Notes under the pieces: generated by a model
Database searches by the model: none
Told to the model about the DNA's origin: nothing
The model's input: only the letters and a program-made list of their open reading frames with translations
Shown here: piece after piece, positions 39,548-53,827 of the stretch
Layout of the letters: each line of letters opens with the position of its first letter
Numbering within the stretch: the first letter of the stretch is position 1
Origin: Epiperipatus broadwayi
Taxonomy: Eukaryota > Animalia > Onychophora
Assembly (NCBI GenBank): GCA_028023455.1
Contig: JAQFVV010000007.1
Coordinates: 4,278,001-4,342,000, forward strand
Length of the DNA stretch: 64,000 nucleotides
Direction: 5' to 3'
Program-made: the position numbers and the translations under genes

Positions 39548-40769
39548 ACTAGCTTAAATTTCAAACTTATATTTTTATTGGGAGATGAATAAGAAAATAT
39601 TTTATTTTTCATTTTTTTACAAAGATTTTAGCACAGAAATAGAGGGATTGATATGAGTTTTATAAATCAAAACTTAGTCAATTATTTCAGGTGCTTTTAA
39701 TATTACTTGATATTTCAAGTGATTAATCATTTATTATTATAGTGAATATATACATGATTATTTAGTAATCATTACTCAGTAATGTAATTAATTTCATTAC
39801 TTACAATGATTAAAACATATTTAGAATAGTAATATATATCTCATAATAAAGTGTGTGTTTGAATCGTTAACTGATAATTACTTAATGGTGTCAGTTTTTC
39901 AAAGTCAGCCATAAAATAATGATTTCTAATTTTTAATATAATCAGGCTGTAACCTTTTCTTAAATAAAAACAATCCCTGGAAAATTAGTAATAAATATTT
40001 AAATATGGATTTACTTTTTAATGAATAAAATATTTCTGTTGTAAAATTTTCACTACACCACTTTCAGATATGTGTAAGAAACTACTGGTTCACCACAAAA
40101 TGTATAGCTTTTTCACAAGTCTTTGGTCGTATATTTATAATTACATCCCTCCACAAGATGTGAAAAGTTGATAAAAAAAAAAAACAGTCTCCCTACCTTG
40201 CGTGAGAATGGTGTAGCGAAAATTATATTAAGAAATGTCATTCATTAAATGAATAATCTCTAATCTGACGTATGATTGATAAAAAAATATTAATATCGTT
40301 TTATTTGTCTATTTAAAAAAGTTTTGAGAGAAAAAAATTATTTAGAAGATGATGTTAACTGCTAATTATTTGATTTTAAATTCATTTGAGTCAATTGACA
40401 AATTTATTTCTTTTAAAAGTAGCCCAAGGGAAATAGGTTGATTTTCATTATCACAACACTGAATAAATTACAATGTAGTATCTTAAAATAGAAATGAAGA
40501 AATAGGGAATTAATAAAAGTATTTTTGATAAAAACAACTATGCTTTTGATAGAAAAAATTAAAAGAAAATATGTTCATGTGTTTGAAAAGAAAGATTTAT
40601 CTTTGGATCTGAGACTTGGATGATTTATAGGACAAATGTCAAAAATATATTAGCTAATTTGAAGAATGCAGTCGCTTATTTTATATTAAAATATAATTGA
40701 ATAGTTTATTATTCTGGGTTCATAAAGCTTTGAGAACCAGAACTGACATAGCTGGAGCCATGATGTATA

Positions 40770-41250
40770 GTTCCTTCAGCTTTAGATTGCTATTCTACCA
40801 ATGTATAAAATCAAGCAGAGTGGCATTGATATTTAAGACAGTTAATGAAGCCGATATTGGAATTTATAGATCTGTCACTCTTCTGTTTGTTTTTTGTAGT
40901 ATCTTTTCTAAGATCAATACAATTCATTTGCAGAGAACTTTAGATTTAAAGCAGCAAAATATAAGTTAGATCAGATGATTGTAATATATGAGGAGGATCA
41001 GTGAATATTCGTTATCATTCTTTATTGCGTTTATAGATTATGAAAAAGTACTGCACTCTAAGTATTTCTGCTATAATTGAAGATTTGGAACATCAAAATC
41101 TAACCAAAGTATGGGTTGAACTATAAAAAATATAGAGAAACATTAAATAGCAGGCATTAGACTACATGGAATTTATAAGATTATGAACACTAATAAAAGT
41201 GTGCAAAAGGAGGATTCCATATCTTAATTTTTTTTACTATGTGATTATGA
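40770..41250 (+). mobile_element. Old RTE (family A-like) RT relic
   Basis: VALIFKTVNEADIGIYRSVTLL..IFSKI..LQRTLD and FIAFIDYEK are colinear with the family A RT. Confidence 0.7.
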
Positions 41251-43673
41251 GTTAATGTTTCTGATTTATTATAATGCTAATATTAATTATATAAAAGTGT
41301 ACAGGATAAAGAGATATTAAAATCTCTGCAGTATATGTGATTTCTAGACAGAAATAACAAGCTGTAAATTGAGGAGTAAATAAATTTGAAGTAGTTTGTA
41401 TAATAATGAGGGAAAATCTTATGACTATTATAGCTAAACTAAAGTTAAATACATAAACCAATGCTTATTCATTTTGAAGAATTTTTAAATAAATATAAGA
41501 ATGATAATAAATCATTTCATGATTTTTATGGTTTGCGAATAAAATTTCCTTTTGAAAGATAAATCATTTCATTAACACATGACTTTTTTAACTACAGATA
41601 CAAAACTTATAATTTAGTAAAGTTTTAAATTGTGCTTTACCCCAAAAAAGTGAAGCTTAGTAATATTAGAAAAGAATTATACGGCTGAGCGCTTTCAGAG
41701 AACTTAAGTCTCCTTATTCATAGTCTATTTTGGGAGTGTCGGCTTACATTGAGATTTTACTTCAATTTAGTAAAGGTTAAATATGTCTGTTACTTTTCAT
41801 AATCAGGCATGAGTTTATTACATAATTTTTTCAGTGCTTTCTGCTTACGCGATTATCATATTCTAGAAACACAAATTGTTGTTTTTATCCTTCAAAACAT
41901 AATGATTTCCGACTGAAGGAAATATATTGCTTCTATTATGCATTAAAAACATTAAATAAATACACACGTGATTCTTAAATTATTAGAAATAAGCCTATAA
42001 ATAATAGAAAAAACAGGAATAGCATTTTTGACAGAGATTTCAGTTGCAGATTCATCTGAACATCTGAATGCATACCACCAGTAGAAGCATTTGAAAATGT
42101 TGAGAAAGGACACTTCCCAGAGAATCAGCCCCTAAAATTAACGAACTATATAAGGTCTCAATAGGTATCCCGATATTATTATGATGTTGATAAAAGCCAT
42201 GCAGACTACAAAGATAATTTTATTAGAGATAAAATTACTTGTAAGGTGTTATATTAATAACCTTAAAAAAGTTGTGTAGAAAAAGACATTATGTGTAGAG
42301 ATGTATAGTTTAACTGTTTGTACTAAATCGATGATTTCCCTCGCTATTAATTAATGCGTCCTGGGTGTAATCTTTAATCTACATGGTTTAAGATTTATAT
42401 TTATTTTTAACAGTCAGGAGCAAAGACATAACAGAAAACAAACCCTAAGGTTTGGTTGATAGTATTCTGAAAAAGAGAGATGCGATGTGATTGAACGTTT
42501 GCTTACGAGTTTTTGATTTAATAACCCAATGAAATATGAGAATTTAGATCAATTTAATTTTTTAAATTTTATTAAGAATATCAGATGAAATATTTTTATA
42601 TAACTATTTTTTTTTCTGGAAAAAATTGTTTTAGAAAAGATAATAAAGTTAGAGATATAATTGAAATTGTAAAGCTATTCTTAAGAATCATTTCTTTTTT
42701 TTTTTTTAAAAAAAAAAATCTGAATATTTTTCTTATTAATATTAAACAAGCATTTTAATAGAGCAAAGAAAATTATTGTATGTTCAAAAAGAAAATGTTG
42801 ATTGAATATATCAATTTTTTGTGCTTATATGTGATTTCAAGATAATCTGCTTCATTCTTTTTCAAAACACTCTATTGTAAGCTAGTTCAAAACCTATCAG
42901 TAAAATATAACAGTACAATCTATCTATAGAGGATAAGAACCGGTTGTAATATATACATGGGAGTTTAAGCAGAATATAGACACATCCCTAAACATAACAA
43001 TGGACATGTTAATACACTGATATGTCATTCCATGAAGAATGGAACCCCTAAATGGCAATAAGCACCCACTGATGCTGACCACATAATTAAAAGTATATAT
43101 CAACATAAATCCTCACAATAATGATCAAACCAAATATATTTCATATTTTAAATAATTTGTAGTTAAGTTTCACAAAGCATGGATTATATTTCCTGGTCGC
43201 CATTCCACTTCAAAAAAATTAAATCCAGTATTGAAAGAATGTTATCTGCCAATGATAGGCTTATTCTGGTCTACTTTTTAGTCTAGAGAACTACCCTGCA
43301 GAACAAGATTCAAGCTTGCCTATGTTTTATTAAATTTCCACTATTGCGCAATTTCTAGTATAACTCAATTTCCTACTCGCGAAAGCAAAGATTTACAAAG
43401 TTATTGAAATAATTTAATAACTGTTTTGATATTATCGAATGCAAGATTAAGAATTTAAACTGAAATAGGCCAGATTTTTAACTTCTTAACTAAGCTAATA
43501 TATAACCAAGAATAAATATAAAGCCAGGGTTATCAAATAATTGATAATAAAATATTATATGGATCAACTTTTATAGAATATCAAAGTAATTGCCTGTAAA
43601 TTATTTCTTACTCTCCCCTTAAGTGTGTAGGATCTTTAATAATATTATGCTTTTAAAGCACATGATGGAAAGT

Positions 43674-44065
43674 CATCATCATCATCATTGTCTGCCATTA
43701 TCAGTCCACTGCAGGATGAAGGTCTCTACAAGTTCAATCCATTTTCTTCGACCTCTAAGCTCTCTTCTCCGCAGCACTCCTGCATATTTTCTTATTTCAT
43801 TCATCCATCTCACATGTGGTATCTTTCTGTAACTTTTACAATCTTTTGGAATCCAGTTTAAGATTTCAACTGTCCATCTATTATCATCTCTTCTAGCAAT
43901 ATGTCTAGCCCAACTCCACTTCAGTCTTTTAAGTTTTTCAATGAGGTCAGTAACACCTGTTTGTCTTTACCCATATATTGTGTTTTTAATCTCTTCTTGT
44001 TACTCCTAACATGCATTTCTCCATACTTCTTTGAGTGATCTGGAGTCTCTGTATTGTTCTTCTAT
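43674..44065 (-). mobile_element. RTE family A 3' fragment
   Basis: Matches the 3' ~390 nt of 29425-31684, with a (GAT)n tail. Confidence 0.9.
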
Positions 44066-45470
44066 AATAAATTTATAACAATTGGATTATCCGCCAAGTG
44101 TGTTATGGTCATTTATTTAAAATAATATTTTGTAAAATATTTTCTTTTCCTCCTCTCTTAAATGGGAGATGGGGATGTTGTCAAATTAATTTTAGAATCG
44201 TGCGTTGTTAATGATTGAGAACGAATGTTTTAAATATCTAGTAAATAATAATAATAATAACATTTGCAATATATATTCGAAAACAAATGAAATAAGAAAA
44301 TTACATTTTATAGGATTTTCCGTTATTAAATACATTTTGCAATGGGGGAGAATAACATTTTCAAACAAATAAAATAAGAAAAGTAAATTTAATAATTTTC
44401 TGTTAAATAACAACTCAGAAAGCAAAAAAAAAAGATTATCATTTATTAAAATCTTACACAATTGATAATAGTAATTGGAAATAATCTTTAAAAAAAGTCA
44501 AATTCTATTAAATCTATAATTAATTCTTTAAGTAAATTACCTGTAATTACGTGTAATTTAATATAAAACAGTTCAACTGTAGATTGACTTAGAAAAACAT
44601 CTGTTTTTAATGCATTAATTTTAAAGTTTTGGTGTCTGCCTGTACATGTATATAAAGTAAAAAATTCAAAGAGTGAAGCATTGTGCTTTTCAATGATAGA
44701 TATTTAGAAGTTATGATTATTTATTTATTATTACAAGTGATAATACTAAATTATTTCTTATTAGTAACATATCGTCTTTCAGAGGAATGAAGTTTAATAG
44801 TATAGATACAACTGTTTTTTCAAAAAGCAAATCAAATCGATAAAACGAAAATCATTGTGTTGGATTTGCTACAAAGTCTAATTTAGTATCTTCTGTTCTT
44901 GGAACCCCCTCACTGTATCAGTAAAAGGCTAATGGTGGCAGCATTTAGCTTGCACAATAGTACTACTATTCATTTGATTAATGTCTATGCTTCAATCTTA
45001 GATTTCGAAAATGCAAAGAAAGAAAAGTTTCATTTTTCGCTGGATAGCATTTTAACAGCAATACCACTAAAAAAAGTAGAACTTTCTTTTTGAAGATTTT
45101 ATTCCAAATGTTGTTATAAGTAATAGTAGGTAGACATTAACTAAAAGTTGTTGGAAATAATGGTGTTGAACCTGCAAATTCACATGGTTTGTTGTGCAAG
45201 ACATGGATTGAATATCATAAATACTTGGTTTAGACCAAAAAAGAAATGCTATAAAGAAACGTGGATGCATCCATGCTTTTTTAAAACAATTGAATTTAAT
45301 AGGTCGCATTATAATTCGGAGTCTGGCTACAGAACTCACATTATTTGAACACTTTACAAATACAGATTTTTGTATGGATTGCAGATTAATGCACTCCAAG
45401 ATTAAATCGAAAAATGCATTAAAAAGTAGATCTTATTTCAATCATATTATCAAGAAAATTGATATTCATT

Positions 45471-45576
45471 CTTTTTTTTTTTCATGTGTCAAAGCATCGG
45501 CCGGAAGTGAAACCGTGAACCTGGGACAACTACTTGTAAGGCAGCTGTGCTGACCACTCGGCCACCAATGCCCTAC
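45471..45576 (-). mobile_element. tRNA-Gly-derived ultra-short SINE with poly(A) and a 14-bp TSD
   Basis: Head 45494-45571 with A-box TGGCCGAGTGG, trailer TTTGACAC, A-tail. TSD AATTGATATTCATT (45457-45470) and AATTGATGTTCATT (45577-45590). Confidence 0.88.
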
Positions 45577-46649
45577 AATTGATGTTCATTTTTTAGAAGT
45601 ATCTATTATATGTACTAAATTTCAACAACTAATACATACTAAAATTGCTAATTTGGACCTCCAAGAGTGTCATATTATTAAAGCATAGAATTCTCTTAAT
45701 AAGTATATTATGGACATAAATAAATTTAAAATTGGGTTCAGAAAAAAGAATTACCATTGGTTTTTAACAATGTTCTTATTTGTAGTAATTTGATTAAAAT
45801 GAAACATGTGGTATAATATGCTTTGCAGAATAATAAATTAAATGTGGAAACAATAAATGTAGTAATATGAAGTCAGAAGGTTAATGACTGATAAGAAGGT
45901 TTAAAAATGATTGGTGAATTAAACTTCAAAAAGATATAGAGATTTTCTGATCATGGTCACTTTAGATCTTTTTTTTTTGATGCACTGAAAACAAGATATG
46001 GACCTAAGAAATGGTATCACAGTCCATTTATATCACACATTAGCTTTCTCTTATGATGATAATAATATTTTAAACAGATGGAAAGTGTATTTTGATCATC
46101 TTTTAAATAATGATACAAAAATTAAGATGATGACTTTTAATCATATATCCATTTTATCTATTCATTTATATTTGAACAAAGCTGTGCAGCTTAATGAAGT
46201 CAAAAGAGCTCTTTGTAATCTTAAAAATGGAAAGGTTACAGATCTTAGTGAAATAACTGGAGGAAATTTTAAAATATAGATGGGATATGTTAGTTTCAAA
46301 AATATTGAATTTTTCTAGGATTATATAGACTCATGAAGTTGTATTACTTAATCTTAAAAAAAATCTATTGTCCCAATTTTTAAGACTAAAGCAAATCACA
46401 GAGTTCAATAATTACCATGGAATATCCATTCAGAAAAGGTACTTTCAAGAATTTCATTGAATAAGTTGCTTTTAGAAATAGATGAATGTTCACTAGATTC
46501 ATTATGGATAAGGAATAATTGATATATTGGTTTTATTGATTGGATCCAAATATTTGATTCAGTTAATCAAACAAGTTTATGGCATTGTTTGAATTTAGTT
46601 AGTTGTTCACCAAAATTTATTCCTATTATACAGCTTTGATATGATTGAA

Positions 46650-47070
46650 TCATCATCATCAAACATTATCAATCCACTGCAGGATAGTCTCTCCAAGTTC
46701 AATACATATTCTCTGATCTTTAGCTTCCCTTCTCCACATCACTCCTGAACACTTTCTTATTTCATCCATCTATCTCACATATGGTCTCTTTTGGAGTCTT
46801 TTACAATCTTTTGGAATCCCATTTAAGATTTCAATTGTTCATCAATTATCATCTCTTCTAGCAATATGTCCAGCCCAACTCCACTTCAGCCTTTTAATTT
46901 TTTCAATTAGAATCAGTAACACCTGTTTGTTCTCTTACCCATATATTGTGTTTTCGATCTCTTTTTGTTATTGCCAACATGCATCTCTCCATATTTCTTT
47001 GAGTGGTCTAAAGTCTCTGTATTGCTCTTGTATTAAGTGTTAAAGTCTCAGATCCATAAATAAGAACTAG
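46650..47070 (-). mobile_element. RTE family A 3' fragment inserted in family B
   Basis: Matches the family A 3' end, with a (GAT)n tail. Confidence 0.9.
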
Positions 47071-47270
47071 TAGATGAAATAAGAGGAAATATTTTTTTTT
47101 AAAAGTATTTAATATTGTTTATGAAAAACACAATCTTTTTAGGACTACTGAAATCCTATACATAATTAAAAACTAGTAAATGGAATAAGAGGAAATATTT
47201 CTTTTAAAAAGTATTTAATATTGTTTATGGAAAACCCAATCTTTTTAGGACTACTGAAATCCTATACATA
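47066..47270 (+). repeat. ~100-bp tandem duplication next to the RTE-A 5' junction
   Basis: ACTAGTARATGRAATAAGAGGAAATATT..GGACTACTGAAATCCTATACATA occurs twice. Confidence 0.9.
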
Positions 47271-48849
47271 TTCTAATTTTTATTATACTAGTACAAATAT
47301 GGTTTGGTGTTAAACAAGGTTGCTCTTACATTGTTTTCAATTTTTATGACAATTGTCCTTAGAACTGTTTGTAGATGGCTTAATGAAACAAGGATCAGGT
47401 TGTAATATTGGTCTGATGGTGGAATTTTTAATTGGAATTAATTAAAGCAAAAACAATAACTTTATCTTTTTCTATTCTGGATTTATAGTATAGCTGATGA
47501 TTGTTATTTTTGCCAGTTCAAAAGATGATTTACAGAAAGTTCTTGATGTGTTGAATGAAATGTTTAAAGTCTTTGGTTTAGTAATTAGTGTTCAAAAACC
47601 TTAAGTTCTTTATCAGCTAACAAGACAAAATCCTCAGCAACTTTCAGATTGGATGGTTATCATCTTGAGAATGTAAACTTGTTTAAATACCTTGGTAGTT
47701 TTATAAGTATAAAGATACACTTGGATGATGAGATCCAACACAGACCCCAATGTACTTTTGTGGCTCATAACAAATTAAAAAATAGAGTATTTTATCATAG
47801 GGAAATAACTACTGTAATTACGTTAACTGTATATAAGCTGATATTTTATCTATTTTATTGAATCGAAGTAAAACTTGAACATTGAAGAAATTAGAAAAGT
47901 TTCATTTAAGAATGATTGCATAATTTTAAAAATTAAATAGCAAAATTATAAAAACAATCATTGTATTCTTCAACTTACTGAATGTAATACTAAAGAATCC
48001 ACTATTATGAAATCACTTCCTTTGAATTGGACATGTAAAATGAATAAATAATGCTAGACTTTTTATCAGAGTGTTTTATGATGAATCTGATCTTGGTTTT
48101 CATGGGAAAAGTAGACTGCATCTATATTATAATCTCTTTTTTTTTTTCTTTTTCAACATTATTTTTTATTTTTATTATTTTAAAAATATTCTTTCCAATT
48201 AAAAAAAAAAAAAAACAATATTAATCCTCATCACACCTTTTAACAAAAATATAAACAAAAAAAAAATTAAATTTATTTTTTTTAATTTCACCAAATGCTA
48301 AAATATTTGTAACGTATATAAATAAACGTTACAATAAGGACTATCTAAAGGCATTTGACACTAGTGCAATATTGATTGTTTCCATTAAGAAGGTACAATA
48401 GAGAATGAAATCTGTCTGAGAGCTACAATTATACATGGGATTGAAGTATTTCAGAAAGAAAAGTTTTCTACTAAAGAAATCACAACATTTGGAACAAATA
48501 AAAAATTGGATCAGCATATTCTGTATATGGATGTATTTGTGGTTCATTGATTGGTTTAATCATTGCAAATCTTATTCCTTGATTAATTTCTTTTTCTGTT
48601 ATTTCTTTGAAGTTGGAATGATCATAGTCATATACAAATTTAAGCTATATGTATGCATAATATTGAATGTTTTTCCATCCTGGTATACATAAGCTTCTTT
48701 CAGGCACAGTCTGAGGTTTATTTGATTTGTTGTTTTGAAAACATTCAAAGACAAATTTCTTTGGTGTGTTTGAATGAGAAATCTTAGGTTTTATAAGAGA
48801 TTGTAGTATTTACTATATTAAGCTCATTATAGCAGCTAGGCAAATATCT

Positions 48850-49860
48850 TTTGGGGTAAGTCAACATGCTCTCACAAATGACAAGCAACAAGTTACTCTA
48901 CTCTATGTTAAAGATTCAAATGGGCACTTCTCTCTTCAAGGCATTACATGATGGATCACAAGAAAAGCAGAATACATTTTTGGGATGTTATTATCCAGAT
49001 TTGTGCACCAATCTTCAACAAATTCATTATGTCAAATAACTAATGAACAATATAGAAATTATACTTCTAATCCGGCTCATCTTTTAAAGTCAACTGCTAC
49101 AGCACTGGTTTGCTATCATGATATTCTTATAAATAAATTTCATGTATTCCTTTTAATCCTTTTTATAGATTTCTAATACCTACTTGAAAAATGCCTTTGC
49201 CAAAATGTATTTTTCATAATTTAAGTTTTTCCAAAGCATATTTCATGCTCCTGACAGATCATTATCTCAAATTGTACCTGAAAAAAAAACAATATTGATA
49301 ACCCATAGTTTATTCTGAAACAACTTTATAGACTTGGTTAAGTACTATTTTCACAACAAAATGTGACCACAAAGTATTACACATATTTAAATATAATGAA
49401 CTCTCATTAGAACACTAAGCCCAAATAGCCTGACTCATAACCCTCATTAATAGCATTAAGAGGTGTCTCTTACCCAAATTAGAGTAATCATTTTCATCCA
49501 ATTCACTCTTTGGTTTCTTAGAAGCATTTTTCCTTCAGCTCAACCTCTAAAAAACTGCAATCATATGTCTACATTAAAGTAAATAAAAATAAAATTAGAA
49601 ATCAATGCCTTGCATTTCCAGATATATATGCAGCCAAGTGGGACTTAATTACTTTACCTATGGTAATGGAGTCCCTAGTCATTAAAATTATATGATTTTT
49701 ACTTTAATATCCAATGATTATCATTAACCATGTAGTTTACTCATTAGAATTAATACATAGCAGCCACACAATTAAATGTAAACCCATAAAGACTTTTAAA
49801 TCTAAAAGCATATTTCATGTCCTGGTTAAACATACATATACAGACATGCCCAATTAATAT
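48850..49860 (-). pseudogene. gag: Possible decayed Gypsy gag downstream of an LTR/PBS
   Basis: Follows TGGTGGCTAC and contains H..P*REKCP....C..FVRAC, resembling a double zinc knuckle. Heavily disrupted. Confidence 0.3.
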
Positions 49861-49880
49861 CCCCTGCTATGTAGCCACCA

Positions 49881-50310
49881 TGAATGCTATATTTGGGGTA
49901 AAGGTGGTTAGACAAGCAATTAGACAACAGTTTTTTTATAACTAGAATTTGGCTTTATTGCTACAAGTTAACAATAGTAAAATCTAAACCAACAATGTTT
50001 AATATATATTATATAATTTATATCATTACAATTCAGTATTAAATTATTACTTATGAATGCACAGCCATAAAGGTGTAAATTAAAACATAATAAAGCTGGT
50101 GTGGCCTATATAATCCCTAGGTCCACTTTTGCATCTTTAGTGTTGGAGTTCACTCAGTCACTCTTGCAGGCTTCCTTATATTCGACCATTCTGTATCTTC
50201 ATATGAACACAACTAGCTCCAATGGTGTGAATGTATAGATTAGACCCTGATTCTTTTTGCCTGTGAGATTCTATATCTTTCTGCTGATAGTGGAATGTTG
50301 TAGGACATAA
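49881..50310 (-). mobile_element. Candidate LTR followed by a PBS-like TGGTGGC
   Basis: On the minus strand: TATA-like element (~50110), AATAAA (~49957), ends CA, then TGGTGGCTACATAGC. The 5' boundary is uncertain. Confidence 0.4.
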
Positions 50311-50599
50311 TTAATTATTATTGTTCCTTATCTTTTTTAAGTAATACATTTTTTATTCCAGAACTGTTTATCAACATTTTAATCTTTAACATTCGTAATT
50401 TTGTAATACTTTATTTCTTTTAACTTTAGCACATCTTTTTTTTCTAATTACATTATTTCTTTACATTCTCAATATATAGTCTTTCAGATATTTTAGTTCT
50501 TTGGAATTTATGTGGGGTTGTTTTTTTTTCATCAGTAATGACATTGTCTACTTTGCATCCTTCATTTACTTCCAGAAAGTCCAATTTCTCTAGATAATT

Positions 50600-53500
50600 T
50601 GGAATATTCAGCACTATATTATTTCTGATTCACTCAAATTTTGTCTTTCTGATGTCTGACACAATTTACATGTTTTCATATGATTTTACCTGTATCTGTC
50701 TCAACAACTACTATTTGTCTTAATAGATGTTTTTTTAATTATGCCTTTCACCCAGAACTTTCTGTGAACATTTCTCAACCAGACTTTTTCTCCTTCTGCC
50801 TACTGTAATTCTGTGCTGTTGTTTTCATTACTCAAAAAAATTTGATCCAGCTGACTTTGTGCAGATTTTCCATCCAAATATCATCTCGGCTAAAGATATA
50901 CCCTTATTACTCATTGGTGTACTGTGTTGATACAGTAAAATGGAATGCAATGTTTTTTTAGATTTGCAGTAACTTCATTTTGTACCATTTGCTTTAGCAT
51001 TTGTATGCCTTTTCTGCAGTACCATTGGACTCTGGTTATATGGAGGCATGGTTATATGTCTAATTTCCCATTTATTAAAAAATCCTTAATATAGTGGACT
51101 TAAACTGGTTCCATTATCAAAAACTACTGTTTTGGGAAAACCATGAGAAACAAAATTTTTCTTAAGTTTTCCAATTGTTTCTTCTGTGTTCATATTTTTT
51201 ACAATTCTATACTCAGTCCACTTTGGTATGAGTCAATTGCTACTAAAAAGGAAGCCATGGAACAGAACAGTGTGATTGATGTGAATATGGTTCCAACCCC
51301 CTTTGACTACAGACCAAGTGATATAATTTTGCTTTGGAATGTTTGCATTCACATTTCACAGTTTTTCACAAATTGTTCTATTTCAGAATTAATTTCAAGC
51401 CTCTACGCATAAGTTTGAGCAAGTGCTTTAGCCTGTATGATATTAGAATGGCCTTGATGAACAAGCTGAAGAATCTGATGATAATCATTCTTTATCATCA
51501 TCAACAACCATTATCAACCCACTGCAGGATGGTTTCTCCAAGTTCAATCCATCTTCTCTGATCTTTAGCTTCTCTTCTCCATGTCACCCCTGCACACTTT
51601 CTTATTTCATCCATCCATCTCACATGTGGTATTAATATTCCAGCATCCATTAACATGCATCTCTTATTTATAGAGTTTTTTTCTTAAGACCTACATGAAT
51701 CTATGAAGTATCTTGGGCTAACTTCTGGGCTGACCTTTGCTGATTCATTTGGTCAATTATTTATAAACATGCTCAGCTTTTGTCCAACCTTCTATCTTTT
51801 TACTATCTATTACTACATTATTCCAATTGTCTATGTAGTTAATGATTGGATAAATTTCCTGTGAGTTGATTTAATTGGGACTCTTGACAGCATGTCTGTA
51901 TCATTTTTTAAAATGTAGTTCAAAATTATTACCTGCTGATAAATTTAACCTACATTACATTCTAGGGCTCAAATGATCTGGTGCAGTTTTATTTTCAGCC
52001 AATATTCCTAATAGTGGCTTATGATCAGTAAAAATCTTCTTGAATGGTTGACCACATAATTATTGGCAAAATTTCTTCATTGCAAATGTAACAGCTAATA
52101 CCTTTTTATTTAACTGACTTGTTTTGCTCTGATTTAGTTAGTGTTCTAGAAGTGAAGACTATTGGTTGATCATTCTGGGCTACTGTGTGACAAAACTGTT
52201 CCAAACCTGAAATCTGGTGTATCAGTTGTTACTATCAGTTTGAGATTACTGACTACTAACAAACTATCAAATGTCAGCAATTACTTTGTAGCACTAAAGG
52301 CTTTTTCTTGGGCTTGATTATAATGCCATTTTGGCCTTTTTAAGCAAATTATGCAATGGTAGTGCTATATCTATTTCCCTTTAGAAAAGTTTAAGGAGGC
52401 CCAGGAAATTCAGTAGTTCTCATACATTTCTGGATCTTGGGGCTTTTTTTATTGCTACAATCTTCTGAAAATTGGGCTTCTTTACCTTGTTTGATATGAC
52501 ATTCCCCAAGAACTTTATTTTGATAATCATCCAGATACATATTTCTGAGTTTATTCTAGCTCCAAAACTAGATAACTTATTGCAAACTTTTAAAAATCAC
52601 TTGCATAATTTCTCTTCTGAATTAGAAACTACTAAAATATCATCAAAATAAGATGTTATACCATCCATTTGTTGGAACAACATATCTATCTTGGCTTGGA
52701 AGATATTTGTTGCAATGGAAATTCCATAAGGAAGCCCATTGTAATTGAGCAATCCATTGTAAGTAGTGACCGTTAACTGTTTGGAGGTTCATTTAGAAAC
52801 TGAAATCTGATGAAATGCAGCCGTCAAATAAATTTTAGAAAAATGATTTGCTTTTTCCATATTAGCTAATATTTCTCTGATGTTAGGCACTGGATATTTA
52901 CTCTTTGCAAGATTTTTATTTATGGTAATCTTCACAAATGCAAATTTGTCCATTTGGTTTAGATATCACTACATTTGGAGTGGCCCAAACAGCCTTTTCA
53001 ACTGGTGTTAATACCATTTACTAACTAAATCATTTAACTTTTGTTTTACTTTAGCTTGTAGCATAAAAAGAACTTTCCTAGGCCTGAAAATCATGGGGGT
53101 TGCTCCATCTTGCAACACTATCTACTGGCATAGTACTGATTTGGATCTCCACATTCGTAAATAAATGTGTATTTTTTTTCTTTCTCAATATCATTCTTGT
53201 TAACCATACATATTTCTATTCTCAGAGCATTAAACAATTCCTTACATATAACCATGTTAAGACTGCTTTGCACTATATACAATGACAATCTATGGACCTT
53301 TTCATTTTTACACTTACATCTACTTTCTTTAATATCCTCATAATGTTACCACTAGCATTTTTTGCTTTTAAACTAGTTCTCATTAATAGGTGGTTCATAC
53401 AATTTTTTGTTACTTTATTCTAGTCTTCAACTGCCATCAGTGTCACACCTGATCTGCTCTCAATTTCCATTTTCAAATTTGTATTTAATAATTTTACTGG

Positions 53501-53790
53501 CATCACGAATTTATTGCCATGAGTAATCTGGATATTATAAATCTTGGGATTTCTGCTTGTTTCCTTTTGTAATAGTTAGTGAGTCACTAAGATATTTTTC
53601 CTCATTAACTCTACATGTTTTCTCTAGGCTCTATAATGATCTTGTTTAAATCTACACTTCCATGCCATGTGGATTTTTTTGCACAACAGTAACAAACAAT
53701 TTCCTTTATCTTACTTTTAGCAGGCTGATATTTATTTTCAGTTTTCCATGTAAATGCACCACATTCATTATTATTATTAAAATTATGAAA
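50600..53790 (-). pseudogene. pol: Decayed Ty3/Gypsy gag C-terminus and pol (PR-RT-RH-IN)
   Basis: Gag knuckle CYCCAKK.HMAWKC. RT motifs VWATPNVVISKPNGQICICEDY, YPVPNIREIL, FSKIYLTAAFHQI, GLPYGISIA and YLDD. RNase H FGTVLSH. Integrase LVHQGH..VKNC, DNG and EKVWLRN. Domain order is Gypsy-type. Confidence 0.9.
51495..51630 (-). mobile_element. RTE family A 3' fragment inserted in the Gypsy integrase region
   Basis: CATCATCAACAACCATTATCAACCCACTGCAGG..CTCACATGTGGT. The Gypsy frame resumes on both sides. Confidence 0.88.
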
Positions 53791-53810
53791 CTCCTTTGAT
53801 TGGTCTAGCA

Positions 53811-53827
53811 CAGTGGTTCCCAAACTT
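53811..53827 (+). mobile_element. Orphan hAT (Charlie-like) terminal inverted repeat
   Basis: CAGTGGTTCCCAAACTT preceded by the 8-mer GTCTAGCA, close to the NTCTAGAN target consensus. It truncates the Gypsy gag; no partner TIR was found. Confidence 0.6.

Larger units (their letters stand above)
44850..48130 (+). mobile_element. RTE family B (BovB-like) decayed near-full-length LINE with nested insertions
   Basis: EN motifs LINVYASI..KEKF and GLNIINTWF..TWMHP. RT motifs GVKQGC, ADD, GLVISVQK and LENVNLFKYLGS..LDDEIQHR. C-terminal WIGHV-like motif. Confidence 0.75.
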
